From the IMG/VR virus record IMGVR_UViG_3300011441_000007: a stretch of DNA of 64,000 nt; one strand, 5' to 3'. Under the pieces are notes generated by a model that worked only from the letters and a program-made list of their open reading frames with translations, searched no databases and was not told the DNA's origin. This document shows positions 46,329-54,600 of the stretch, one piece after another. Position 1 is the stretch's first letter. Every line of letters begins with the position of its first letter. The stretch is from a virus. Position numbers and translations under genes: made by a program.

Positions 46329-47655
46329 TGGCAATCTGAAAATTGTGATTTGTCCAAGTAGAACAAGTCACATCTTTGGGCCGCAAAAAAAAAGCGGACT
46401 TTCAACCTCTAATACACTTCTCCTAACAACGCTGGCAACTGGTGTCTGTCTTTGTTCTCCAGCTGCAATTTCAGCGATTCATAGAGAAGTATTTGTTATG
46501 CCTGGAAAGTTAACAGGCGATGATGTGCGCGCGGGCAAGACCAGTTGGTTTGGCCAATATGGTTATGGAAAATACCGTGATGGTATGAATAACCATGTCT
46601 GGCGCGACAGAGGAGACAATGGGCAGACAGCTTCAGGAATGCCTCAAACTACTCCTGGAATTGCTTTGCCTACCAGAAAGCATCTAAAACATTGGTTTGA
46701 AGTAGAATTGAAAGGGAAAAAATATACAGTTCAACAAACTGATGTTGGACCAGCGAAATGGACAGGACGAAAAATTGATATAAATGCGCCGCTGGCAGAT
46801 ATGGCTGGCTGGACTCCAAAAAACTTCCCAACTGATTCTGTTGTCAAGTATCGCTATCTTGGGCCTCCTGGAAAAATGCCCCAACAAGATTTGCCGGCTA
46901 ACGTTGCCGGTGTAACTGCGCCCAAACTAGCGTTACTGGAAAAGCAAAAGCAATCAGTTGATCTAGCCGAAAAGGCTGTGACAGCTGGAATGGGTAAACA
47001 ACATATTGATGACATGAACCTTGGGCTTCCGCCTCCAGTTCCCAAAGTGAAAACCCTGAAGGATATTCCAGCAAAGATTGTTGGTAAGATTCCTTATGGA
47101 ATGCATCCGGTCATTCTAAAAAGCATGACCGAAGCAAGTAAGTTGCTCCCAGATGGATGGAACGTTCGCTTTGATAATGCGAAACGTAATCATTCCTCTG
47201 TTGGAAGCCGTTCTTATCATATTAAAGAGGATCAGTATGGAGCGCTCGCCGTTGATATCCAGTTAATTAACAATGGGAAAAAACTCCCTATGTTGCAGAG
47301 TCCTAAACACTTTGCGGTATATCGGGACTTCATGCACTATACGAAAAAATTACAATACGAACTATTCCCTGATTATCGCGGGCGCGGGCGATGGGGTGGT
47401 TACTTCACGTCTGGTGTGTCTCAAGACTTGATGCACTACGATCTAGGACCGGAGCGCGGCACACAAGCCGGCAATTGGGAGAAGGGGCTAAAATCGGGCT
47501 ACAGACACTTCGGGCTCCCTGGCGACGTGGGCAAGGGGATGGGCACGCTCGCCGGTTTCAGCCTACCCATGCCGATCCCGCCTGAGATGCGCACGGCCTC
47601 AATTGACTTCGTGCGCGAGGGCAGGATGGGTGGTAGACGACATTCGCGCAGGTAA
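46315..47655 (+). CDS. peptidoglycan hydrolase: RlpA-like DPBB domain + peptidase M15-like domain
   Basis: GKTSWFGQYGYG...GQTASGMP...PGIALP...KYTVQQTDVGP matches the RlpA/DPBB pattern. The C-terminus SYHIKEDQYGALAVD...WGGYFTSGVSQDLMHYDLG is paralogous to the M15 motif of the previous gene. AAGGGA RBS. The last 270 nt are markedly GC-rich. Confidence 0.5.
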   Translation: MHRTDGNLKIVICPSRTSHIFGPQKKSGLSTSNTLLLTTLATGVCLCSPAAISAIHREVFVMPGKLTGDDVRAGKTSWFGQYGYGKYRDGMNNHVWRDRGDNGQTASGMPQTTPGIALPTRKHLKHWFEVELKGKKYTVQQTDVGPAKWTGRKIDINAPLADMAGWTPKNFPTDSVVKYRYLGPPGKMPQQDLPANVAGVTAPKLALLEKQKQSVDLAEKAVTAGMGKQHIDDMNLGLPPPVPKVKTLKDIPAKIVGKIPYGMHPVILKSMTEASKLLPDGWNVRFDNAKRNHSSVGSRSYHIKEDQYGALAVDIQLINNGKKLPMLQSPKHFAVYRDFMHYTKKLQYELFPDYRGRGRWGGYFTSGVSQDLMHYDLGPERGTQAGNWEKGLKSGYRHFGLPGDVGKGMGTLAGFSLPMPIPPEMRTASIDFVREGRMGGRRHSRR

Positions 47656-47679
47656 CAACCCGCACCTTACTTGCGCGAT

Positions 47680-47737
47680 CCGACTGACAGGGAGCCCTGC
47701 GTTACCCCCCAAGCCCTGTCAGTCGGACTTTTTTTCC
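47680..47737 (+). terminator. rho-independent terminator
   Basis: 13-bp stem CCGACTGACAGGG/CCCTGTCAGTCGG followed by ACTTTTTTT, 25 nt after the stop. Confidence 0.6.
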
Positions 47738-48034
47738 TTTCGTGTTAGCTTTTTCTCTTTACGCCAGTTTACAAGTTGGCCTCTATAGAGCCGTACACCT
47801 TTCCCATGTAATAGAATATGTTGAGGGTGCGCATTTAGCCATTCTCTCAACCACCTTGCGTGATTTGATCGCCTTTCTCCCATGCATCAACTCCCGGTCC
47901 TTTCATCTCAACAGGTCCGAATTTTTCTCTTTCTTTTTCTTGCTCTTCCCGAACGATAGCGCATAGATGGCTACAGTTTCCTTTACAGACTGCATTTAAA
48001 TCTACGCGGCATTTCAGAGTCACAGATTCTTTAT

Positions 48035-48646
48035 TCATGTCTTCACCGATGAATCTGAAGCTGCCTGTGCGACTTGCGTGTCTTTATCTACTTTTAAATC
48101 TTTGAAATGGCGCCAAGCGATGGCATCATATATCTTACCCAGACGCCTAACCACAAAATCAACAAAGTCAGTGATCAGGTCTGAGAAGACATACCAAAAC
48201 ATACTGGCCCACCAAAGAACGATCCATGTCATAAACTTTCTTTTGTTTTGAAGAGCAATAGGAACATACTGTTCATATTTTGGTATTGGGTAGTTGGGAG
48301 TTTGTGGGTCTTTATTTACATTCCAACGAGCAACCCTTTCTATTTCTATATTATATTTTTTTCGGTTTTCGGCACCATATCGGTCCCATTTAAACATACT
48401 CCAAAGGATGCCAACTAAAATATAACAAACGGCATATACCAAAACCAGAGTTAGATTAGCCCAAGCAAAAGTAATAACATTTACGCCATGGAAAAACCAA
48501 AGAGCAACTGCTCCGATTACGAGTGGAAAAAAGGCAAATTCAGGTTTTTCAAATTCAGCCAAAATAATAGCGACAGCTAAAATAAAGAATATTGCAAGCC
48601 AAGCGAGGATGCCTAAAGCAAATAATGCGACGATAGGTTCAAACAT
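48035..48646 (-). CDS. polytopic membrane protein (203 aa)
   Basis: Four or more hydrophobic helices (IVALFALGILAWLAIFFILAVAIILA; LVIGAVALWFF; LTLVLVYAVCYILVGILW; WIVLWWASMFWYVF). Confidence 0.5.
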   Translation of the reverse strand: MFEPIVALFALGILAWLAIFFILAVAIILAEFEKPEFAFFPLVIGAVALWFFHGVNVITFAWANLTLVLVYAVCYILVGILWSMFKWDRYGAENRKKYNIEIERVARWNVNKDPQTPNYPIPKYEQYVPIALQNKRKFMTWIVLWWASMFWYVFSDLITDFVDFVVRRLGKIYDAIAWRHFKDLKVDKDTQVAQAASDSSVKT

Positions 48647-48667
48647 AATACTTTCTCCTATTTGAGG

Positions 48668-48994
48668 TTAGGTTTGTTTGCGGATGATAAGGTAATCAAC
48701 CCGCTTTTTTTCTTTGGTACGGTAGTTTTTAACTTTACTTTTCAAATAAATGCGTAATTTAGCATCATCCCATTCAACGATATTGGACACTTCCCGGATG
48801 ATTTTGTATTTTTCATTATCAAAAATGTTGTTGCCGGTATCTGTGAAAAATTCTTTTATTTCTTTCTCAATTTGTTTAAGGTGACGTAAACGGGCACGAG
48901 TTTGAATAAAAATATCAATAATTTCGTCCAGTGAAGCGCCATCTAGCTTATGCCGTAGCGAGTAGTCTCGCGAAGTTCTTACGCGCTCTTGCAT
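48668..48994 (-). CDS. hypothetical protein
   Basis: 108-aa charged ORF. Confidence 0.35.
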   Translation of the reverse strand: MQERVRTSRDYSLRHKLDGASLDEIIDIFIQTRARLRHLKQIEKEIKEFFTDTGNNIFDNEKYKIIREVSNIVEWDDAKLRIYLKSKVKNYRTKEKKRVDYLIIRKQT

Positions 48995-49166
48995 CCCCGT
49001 GATCCTTCAGTTTTAGGAGTTCCCCAGAATGGAAGCGTAGCACATGTCGGATGTAGACTTCAACCGACATTTCATACTTGGCTGCAAGAAAACGAAGGTC
49101 TTTCATATCCTCCGCATCCATCTCTAGTTTAAGATGGACTTTAGATATGTTTAATTTCTTTTTCAT
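48948..49166 (-). CDS. ribbon-helix-helix (CopG/Arc-like) candidate
   Basis: From MKKKLNISKVHLKLEMDAEDMKDLRFLAAKYEMSVEVYIRHVL: a beta-strand plus two helices typical of RHH proteins. The ORF is open to 49190. Confidence 0.35.
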   Translation of the reverse strand: MKKKLNISKVHLKLEMDAEDMKDLRFLAAKYEMSVEVYIRHVLRFHSGELLKLKDHGDARARKNFARLLATA

Positions 49167-49173
49167 GGTTCTA

Positions 49174-49542
49174 CTACTCCTGATAGACATAATATGGCAT
49201 TCCTCCTGGGAGCGCTGCCCACATGGCTTTTGGTAGGCAAAGCTTTACTTTACCAGCTGCCATACCTAATAGAAACAATTGAGACATTGTTTGATGTAGT
49301 CCTGTCCATTGCTCATCGTTTCTATCTTGACATGCAGCTAGAAAGGAGCATCCACCTCCACCAGATTGACGGAATGAATCTGGTAATCCATCCAGCATTT
49401 TGATAATCTGCTCTTCTTTACCTTTCACATTCAATAAAGCATCAAAAACAATTCCTTCCACTTTTACAGCATCTTTGTCTTCTGGATTCCGAAGACAGCT
49501 TTCAAAAAGCTCTACAACTTCGGTTGGATTGATCAGTGGCAT
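49174..49542 (-). CDS. hypothetical protein
   Basis: 122-aa ORF. Confidence 0.4.
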   Translation of the reverse strand: MPLINPTEVVELFESCLRNPEDKDAVKVEGIVFDALLNVKGKEEQIIKMLDGLPDSFRQSGGGGCSFLAACQDRNDEQWTGLHQTMSQLFLLGMAAGKVKLCLPKAMWAALPGGMPYYVYQE

Positions 49543-49543
49543 A

Positions 49544-49744
49544 TCATTCCTCCGTTCTAATCACGGCAACTAAACGATAGTTATCCGGTCTGCCGCTTTG
49601 TTGGGTATGGGTGTTTACATAGGCTTCAGCTTCCTCTTTAGTAAACTCATAAGGCAAGCCTCCAGTAGGCTTTACCTTAGCCCAATGCCTATTACTCAAT
49701 TTCACTTCTACATTGTATTTCATCACACTTCTCTCAATTTCCAA
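49544..49744 (-). CDS. hypothetical small protein
   Basis: 66-aa ORF, tightly packed. Confidence 0.35.
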   Translation of the reverse strand: MEIERSVMKYNVEVKLSNRHWAKVKPTGGLPYEFTKEEAEAYVNTHTQQSGRPDNYRLVAVIRTEE

Positions 49745-49905
49745 GATTTTTGCATGGCAGCAATTACTCCAGATACAATAAACGTCTCATACCAATATGA
49801 AGGATAACCACCTTTATGGGCAGCTTTTACTTTATCACAATTTTCGTTCCATTGTTTTTCTGTTTTGGAACTTGTCATTAATTTGATTACTTCATCTTTT
49901 GTCAT
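49723..49905 (-). CDS. hypothetical small protein
   Basis: 60-aa ORF. Confidence 0.3.
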   Translation of the reverse strand: MTKDEVIKLMTSSKTEKQWNENCDKVKAAHKGGYPSYWYETFIVSGVIAAMQKSWKLREV

Positions 49906-50161
49906 TTTTTTTCTCTTTTACCAGCCTAATTGTATCAAGGTGGACATGATAATAACCATAACCCTCAAAACAAACAATGCTATGATTGGGGCCGAATGGT
50001 CTAGACTTGCCAACCTTTCCGATACTTCCCTTTGGTATCGGAACCATATGTTCTCCGCGCGAATGTTCCTTTACCAAACACACCATTTTACCGGGTATTT
50101 GTTTCGGTTTCCGCACGACACGGAGTTTGGACGCATAGTCTATGAAACTCATGTGGTTCAT
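49892..50161 (-). CDS. hypothetical protein
   Basis: 89-aa ORF. Confidence 0.35.
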   Translation of the reverse strand: MNHMSFIDYASKLRVVRKPKQIPGKMVCLVKEHSRGEHMVPIPKGSIGKVGKSRPFGPNHSIVCFEGYGYYHVHLDTIRLVKEKKNDKR

Positions 50162-50175
50162 TGTGCCGTTTAGTT

Positions 50176-50279
50176 GTGGACCGGGGCAATCCCCTGTCTG
50201 CGATGGGTTGTCCAGCCGGCCCGTGTGTGAGGCTTACCCAGAGAACCCGAATATGGGGAAAGGAGCATCCCCGGTCCAC
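50176..50279. other. GC-rich long inverted repeat (GTGGACCGGGG ... CCCCGGTCCAC, 82-nt spacer): candidate structured RNA
   Basis: 11-bp perfect arms seen directly, in a GC-rich noncoding stretch between genes. Confidence 0.35.
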
Positions 50280-50287
50280 AATTCCTT

Positions 50288-50446
50288 TCAGCTGTTGAGG
50301 ACGATGGCAGCGATCAGCGTCACTACAATCACGGCAACCGATAATAGAGCAGTTATCCCGATCTTATCGGACTCGCGTAAGTGCCGCAACGTATACACAT
50401 CATCAACACCTCGGTTGAAGTGTCGTCTGTCAAACCTTTTTACCAT
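50288..50446 (-). CDS. small C-terminal-TM protein (52 aa), toxin-like or holin-like
   Basis: MVKRFDRRHFNRGVDDVYTLRHLRESDKIGITALLSVAVIVVTLIAAIVLNS with a strong SD GAAGGAGG 4 nt upstream. Below the ORF-track cut-off. Confidence 0.35.
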   Translation of the reverse strand: MVKRFDRRHFNRGVDDVYTLRHLRESDKIGITALLSVAVIVVTLIAAIVLNS

Positions 50447-50594
50447 CGGAACCTCCTTCTAAAGTCCAGCCCATTCCGTCTAGAATCATATCCCAAATCA
50501 TCCCCATATGATATTGGAAATGGGCACCATATATCTTGACACCAATGTTATTAGCCAGTTGTAGATGTATCAGGATTTTTTGAGCATCAGACAT
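50430..50594 (-). CDS. small ORF (54 aa) overlapping the start of the TM ORF
   Basis: MSDAQKILIHLQLANNIGVKIYGAHFQYHMGMIWDMILDGMGWTLEGGSDGKKV. Its 3' end contains the SD of the downstream ORF. Confidence 0.25.
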   Translation of the reverse strand: MSDAQKILIHLQLANNIGVKIYGAHFQYHMGMIWDMILDGMGWTLEGGSDGKKV

Positions 50595-50703
50595 TAGCCT
50601 GCTCCATATCTGCCGACTGAGATACCAGTGCCGCGCACTTGATTGCGATAAGTCGCATGATGAAACTTGCCTGCGGACCGCAATGCTTTAAGTTCCACAA
50701 TGG

Positions 50704-51471
50704 TCATGACACGTTTCCGATCACGCCTTGGCGGCCAACTTGAGCGTCCTGGCGCAAGGCTACGTTGTTACCAGCTTCCTGCCCAGCGGCATAAGCGTTC
50801 TGGTCCTTAATCCTCTTGATAGATTGGCCTCCAGACGTGATATTGTGTGTCTGAGAGAGTTTGGCAAAGATGGACGTTACAACGTCATTCCGAATCACCA
50901 TCAGGGCATTGCGCGAGGGAACGGCAGCGGTGCGCTCTTTGATGATTTCTTCCAGCCGCTCATTAATCCGATCAGCCATTCCGATCAGAAAAGACGCGCG
51001 CAGTTTCCGACCATGAGCAACACCACGGTTTTTGTGAAGATAGCTGGCAAACTCAGTTTCCATGGCAATGCGAATCATATCGGTCATGGCATGGGCGAAT
51101 TCCGTATCAGTTTCCGAACCCAAATAAATAAGTTCTCCGCCGTCACCATTATTATTGAATCTCATGGTCCAAACTTTGCAATCAAAAAACGTCGCAATCG
51201 TCACAATGCAATCATGAACCTCATGAAAAGAACGACGACGCTTGGAACCACGCACATAACCTTTCTTGCCGCGCATCCCATAACGTTCCGCACGCACCTC
51301 ATTTTCAATGTCGGTATAGGTTAGATCGTAGTCGGCCATAAGTTTGCCAGCTAATGCAGCGGCATTCATAGCTTCGCCTTCTGTCGCGCCGCGCTCAACT
51401 GTTAATGATAGGAGCGCACGAATACGCTTCTTAATCTGTTCTCTTTTTGTGCTGTTTGAATCGGTCATCAC
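50704..51471 (-). CDS. DUF2786-like N-terminal domain protein (phage/plasmid family)
   Basis: REQIKKRIRALLSLTVERGATEGEAMNAAALAGKLMADYDL fits the DUF2786 consensus (kIrkLLala...neaEA..A...A.eLm.ky.l). Lies in a GC-rich island. Confidence 0.5.
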   Translation of the reverse strand: MMTDSNSTKREQIKKRIRALLSLTVERGATEGEAMNAAALAGKLMADYDLTYTDIENEVRAERYGMRGKKGYVRGSKRRRSFHEVHDCIVTIATFFDCKVWTMRFNNNGDGGELIYLGSETDTEFAHAMTDMIRIAMETEFASYLHKNRGVAHGRKLRASFLIGMADRINERLEEIIKERTAAVPSRNALMVIRNDVVTSIFAKLSQTHNITSGGQSIKRIKDQNAYAAGQEAGNNVALRQDAQVGRQGVIGNVS

Positions 51472-51550
51472 ACGGGCCTTTCAGTTGGGTAGTTTGCTCA
51501 AGACATACCCTAGACTAAATAAAGTCCCATGTCTAATCACATCTTTGTGA

Positions 51551-51790
51551 TCAATGTTTCGTCTCATTTTTTTCAGCCATTTCTTCCATTTCTTTTAGAA
51601 TTTCTTGATACATTTTTTTTGTTTCTTCAATAATATTTTCAGAATCATGTTCAAGAATAATCCTTACAATATCAGATATGGTTTTTGGAACAATATCATT
51701 CAAAGCTTCAATTGTAAGTTTATTTTCTCTCTCTAAATTATGTGCTAGTTTCATAATAATCAAAAAAATGAGGGTGCAGCCCACATCCAT
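51551..51790 (-). CDS. hypothetical acidic protein
   Basis: Start at MDVGC. The ORF extends to 51922, but its 5' part overlaps the next gene and shifts composition. Confidence 0.3.
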   Translation of the reverse strand: MDVGCTLIFLIIMKLAHNLERENKLTIEALNDIVPKTISDIVRIILEHDSENIIEETKKMYQEILKEMEEMAEKNETKH

Positions 51791-51864
51791 ATCGGAAGCA
51801 GACTGCCCCTGAATTTGGCCAGCAATTCTGGAAGCTAATTCCAGTTGCTTCTGCGATAGAAACT

Positions 51865-52287
51865 TCAATTGGATTTGGGCCTCAAGACGAATTCCATTCC
51901 CATGGCATCGGCTATGGCGCACGTTGTTGTCATATAGGGGCCATAGACATAATACATATACTTTCCGCCCCGACCGTAATTGAGAAAACGGTCCACCGTA
52001 TTTTTGCTGATTGAGCAGGCCGGCGTGGAATTGATTTTCTTGGTGATTTCTTTTGTTGTTGTTTTCAAATGAATGTTGCGGCGAGCTAATTCGTCTTGAA
52101 CATCGCGGACCATTTTCTTGTATTTGTTTGTGTCCTTGAAAGTCCGTCTTGGAATGTCGTGTTGGGATGGCGGTTGATGTTGGTTTTTTTTGACACGGTA
52201 TGTGGTGACAGCTTCATTCTGCTTGAGCATGGTATTCTCCACTTGGGCGTTGGTATTGATTCCCCGATAGGCTTTAGGTTTAGTCAA
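51865..52287 (-). CDS. hypothetical protein (140 aa)
   Basis: ORF in the GC-rich island. Confidence 0.35.
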   Translation of the reverse strand: MTKPKAYRGINTNAQVENTMLKQNEAVTTYRVKKNQHQPPSQHDIPRRTFKDTNKYKKMVRDVQDELARRNIHLKTTTKEITKKINSTPACSISKNTVDRFLNYGRGGKYMYYVYGPYMTTTCAIADAMGMEFVLRPKSN

Positions 52288-52577
52288 AACAGGTTAACGG
52301 GAAGAGGGCATTTGGGGAAAGCTAAGCTGTGCAGGATATACGCCAAACCACCTGGAGGCTCCCGGAGGTCTTCCCGGAGTTTTAGAGATGGTTGTGTACC
52401 GATTCGCGCGAACCTCTTCCCGCCCCTGCCTGAATCTCACATTGCACACCTCCAATAGCTTGGAACATAGAAGGAGACGAGTGGACGCTACCATGATCGG
52501 TTGACAATAGCAAGCCCCTTCCTACCATCCTTCATGAAAAAGATGCAAGGTGAAAGAACCCCAAACAAAGTCCCCTA

Positions 52578-52606
52578 TTGACAAGCCATTGTTTTGTCTC
52601 TATATA
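52578..52606 (+). promoter_or_regulatory. sigma70-like promoter TTGACA-N17-TATATA for the H-NS-like gene
   Basis: Perfect -35 with a 17-nt spacer. GGAGAAG and the ATG at 52639 follow. Confidence 0.45.
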
Positions 52607-52638
52607 GAGTGCTCTGTTCCAACTCTGGAGAAGTCCGT

Positions 52639-53004
52639 ATGAACAAGAATGACATAGAGAGGTTTGTGAAGCTGGCGAAAGGCGCCGATCTTGCTGCTCT
52701 GGATAGCGCTCTTGAGCAGCTAACTGGCATCGCGGAAGAGATGCGAGTGAAAGAACGTGAAGGACTGAAGGAAAACATTGAGGCCATGGCAGCTAGGGCC
52801 GGCACCAGCATTGCCGAGCTTTATGGCAAGGTCAAAGCTCCTGGCGTCCGCGCTGCCAAATACCGCAACCCTGCCAATCTGTCTCAAACCTGGACCGGCG
52901 CCGGCCGTATGCCGGGCTGGATGACAGAAGCCAAAACGAAAGGAATCGACCCCGAAACATTCAAGATCAAGGATGTAGCGGCGGCAGAAGCCGAAACCGA
53001 ATAA
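52639..53004 (+). CDS. H-NS family nucleoid-associated / xenogeneic-silencer-like protein
   Basis: The C-terminus KYRNPANLSQTWTGAGRMPGWM matches the H-NS DNA-binding motif (TWTGQGRTP core; the KYRNP.N...TW.G.GR.PGW form recalled from alpha/beta-proteobacterial H-NS/HvrA/BpH3-like proteins). The N-terminus is a predicted coiled coil. Start taken at MNKND downstream of the promoter. Confidence 0.7.
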   Translation: MNKNDIERFVKLAKGADLAALDSALEQLTGIAEEMRVKEREGLKENIEAMAARAGTSIAELYGKVKAPGVRAAKYRNPANLSQTWTGAGRMPGWMTEAKTKGIDPETFKIKDVAAAEAETE

Positions 53005-53029
53005 ACAACAATCCGTCACAGCTGCCATA

Positions 53030-53076
53030 AAAAAGGGTGCTTCCTTTTTAATCCGGGAAGCACCCTTTCTTTTTCT
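53030..53076. terminator. bidirectional rho-independent terminator
   Basis: Stem GGGTGCTTCC/GGAAGCACCC flanked by A5 on the 5' side and TTTCTTTTTC on the 3' side, between convergent genes. Confidence 0.6.
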
Positions 53077-53110
53077 AAACAAGGCTTGGTTTTCTGTGTT
53101 TAGAAAAAAA

Positions 53111-53971
53111 TTATTGATTAACTAATTTCTGAAACAGGCTTACAGTTTTTTGATGCTCATCGTCTGTTTCATCAACATCAAAAGGAGGAGCATCATCAAC
53201 CACAGCTGATGTTACTCGTTTTCCAGTTGTTCCTAGAACACGATCCAAACGCGCTTTTAGATCATCATATGTTTTGAAGTTCTTTCCAGATAGAAATTCC
53301 TGAAGAGAATATTCCTGATTCCAAATCTTCTCTAGTTCCTCATCGTTTTCAGTAAGAGGAGAAGGTGGTTTCACAAACTCTGATTGATCATAGTTCCGAT
53401 AACCTTCAACCGTACAGATTTTCAGACGCAATGGAACACCCGCCCAAAAATCAAAAGGATTGATTGGTGGTTCATCTGGAAACTGCGGAATCATTAGGTT
53501 GTTAAGTTTATCAAAGATTTTCTTACCATAACGGAACAAGAAAACTTTACCTTCGTTTTCAGGATGTGCGATATCCTTCATAACTAGGACATTAGAAATA
53601 TATGTTAGCTTGCGCTTTTGTTTACGGGCGACTTCCTTATCGGAATCTAAACCGCTATTCCAAAGAACGGAATTGTGCTCGCTAACAGGATCAGGTTTGC
53701 CAAGTGTAGTTAGAGAGTTTTCAATATACCAACTGCCAGTTTTGCCTTGAAAAGAGTGGGACCAAATGCGGACAAAAGGAACCTCTTCCCCTTTGGGTGC
53801 TGGTAGGAAACGAATTACAGCATAACCATTTCCAGCTTTGTCAACATCAGGATACCAAATCCTGTCATCTTCAACGAATTTTGGGGCAGCTTGTTTTTGA
53901 AGTTCGGTAGTAAGAGTTTCTAAAGATTTTTCTCTGTTATTCTTTAGGTCTAAGAAAGATGTAATAGTCAT
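53111..53971 (-). CDS. ssDNA-binding protein gp32
   Basis: [14 protein letters not shown] and [20 protein letters not shown] match T4 gp32 ([34 protein letters not shown]). Acidic C-terminal tail. Cys residues of the T4 Zn site are absent. Confidence 0.85.
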   Translation of the reverse strand: [286 protein letters not shown]

Positions 53972-54006
53972 ATATTCGTATTTTTCTCCTGTTTTATTAT
54001 TTGTTT

Positions 54007-54014
54007 TGTTTATA
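54007..54014 (-). promoter_or_regulatory. late-promoter-like TATAAACA 36 nt upstream of the gp32 ATG
   Basis: 7/8 match to T4 late TATAAATA on the minus strand, with appropriate spacing. Confidence 0.35.
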
Positions 54015-54134
54015 TGTTTTTGGCGGCCGGATCAGGTCGCGAATCTGAATCTCCCAGCTAAAAACTTCTTCCGAAGTCTCTGCTCTACTAGGGCTTTACT
54101 TTAAGCTATCCAGCCATGTTTGTATTTAGACAAC

Positions 54135-54494
54135 TTATGTCAAGTTTATACCATAAATTCCAGCAATCGCTTCCTCAATGTTATTGTAAATCACCACGCC
54201 ATTAATTTCTGTGATATAAGATACTTTTTTGTTTTCCAAAATTGTGGCCGAGCGTTTGTTATCTACATCAATCAAAACATTTCCTACAATAGTCGTAAAA
54301 CCAGCTTTTCTGGCAAGATCAGTCATAAATTTTATATCGTAATCTCGCCACCAATCACGTAATTGTAAAATAGAATAAATGGAACGAAAAGCCTCAGATG
54401 GCCCATGCGTCAGTTCCCTAACATTCAACTTCAACGACAAGCTTGAAACAGGGATTGCCAAGAGCGAAATGGTAAATGTGCGACGGTTTATCAT
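54135..54494 (-). CDS. hypothetical protein with N-terminal signal/TM
   Basis: MINRRTFTISLLAIPVSSLS... Confidence 0.4.
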   Translation of the reverse strand: MINRRTFTISLLAIPVSSLSLKLNVRELTHGPSEAFRSIYSILQLRDWWRDYDIKFMTDLARKAGFTTIVGNVLIDVDNKRSATILENKKVSYITEINGVVIYNNIEEAIAGIYGINLT

Positions 54495-54600
54495 TCATCT
54501 GCTCCATGGCATGGTTTGTTTAGTTCTTTTTGAGTTGGTTTATTCCTTACTGCTATAATCCCACATTTGATACAATAACGCCAGTTCAGAAAATGTCCAC

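Noticed and set aside
47391-47585. Plus-strand 64-aa Arg/Ala-rich ORF (MGWLLHVWCVSRLDALRSRTGARH...) inside the 456-aa gene
   Set aside because: It is an alternative frame of the GC-rich 3' segment. Arg/Ala-rich frames are an expected artefact of high-GC DNA.
50142-50462. Plus-strand 106-aa ORF and minus-strand 63-aa ORF (50088..50279) over the GC-rich inverted repeat
   Set aside because: The translations are Pro/Cys/Ser-rich nonsense typical of GC-rich non-coding DNA. The region is better explained by the inverted-repeat element and the small minus-strand ORF pair.
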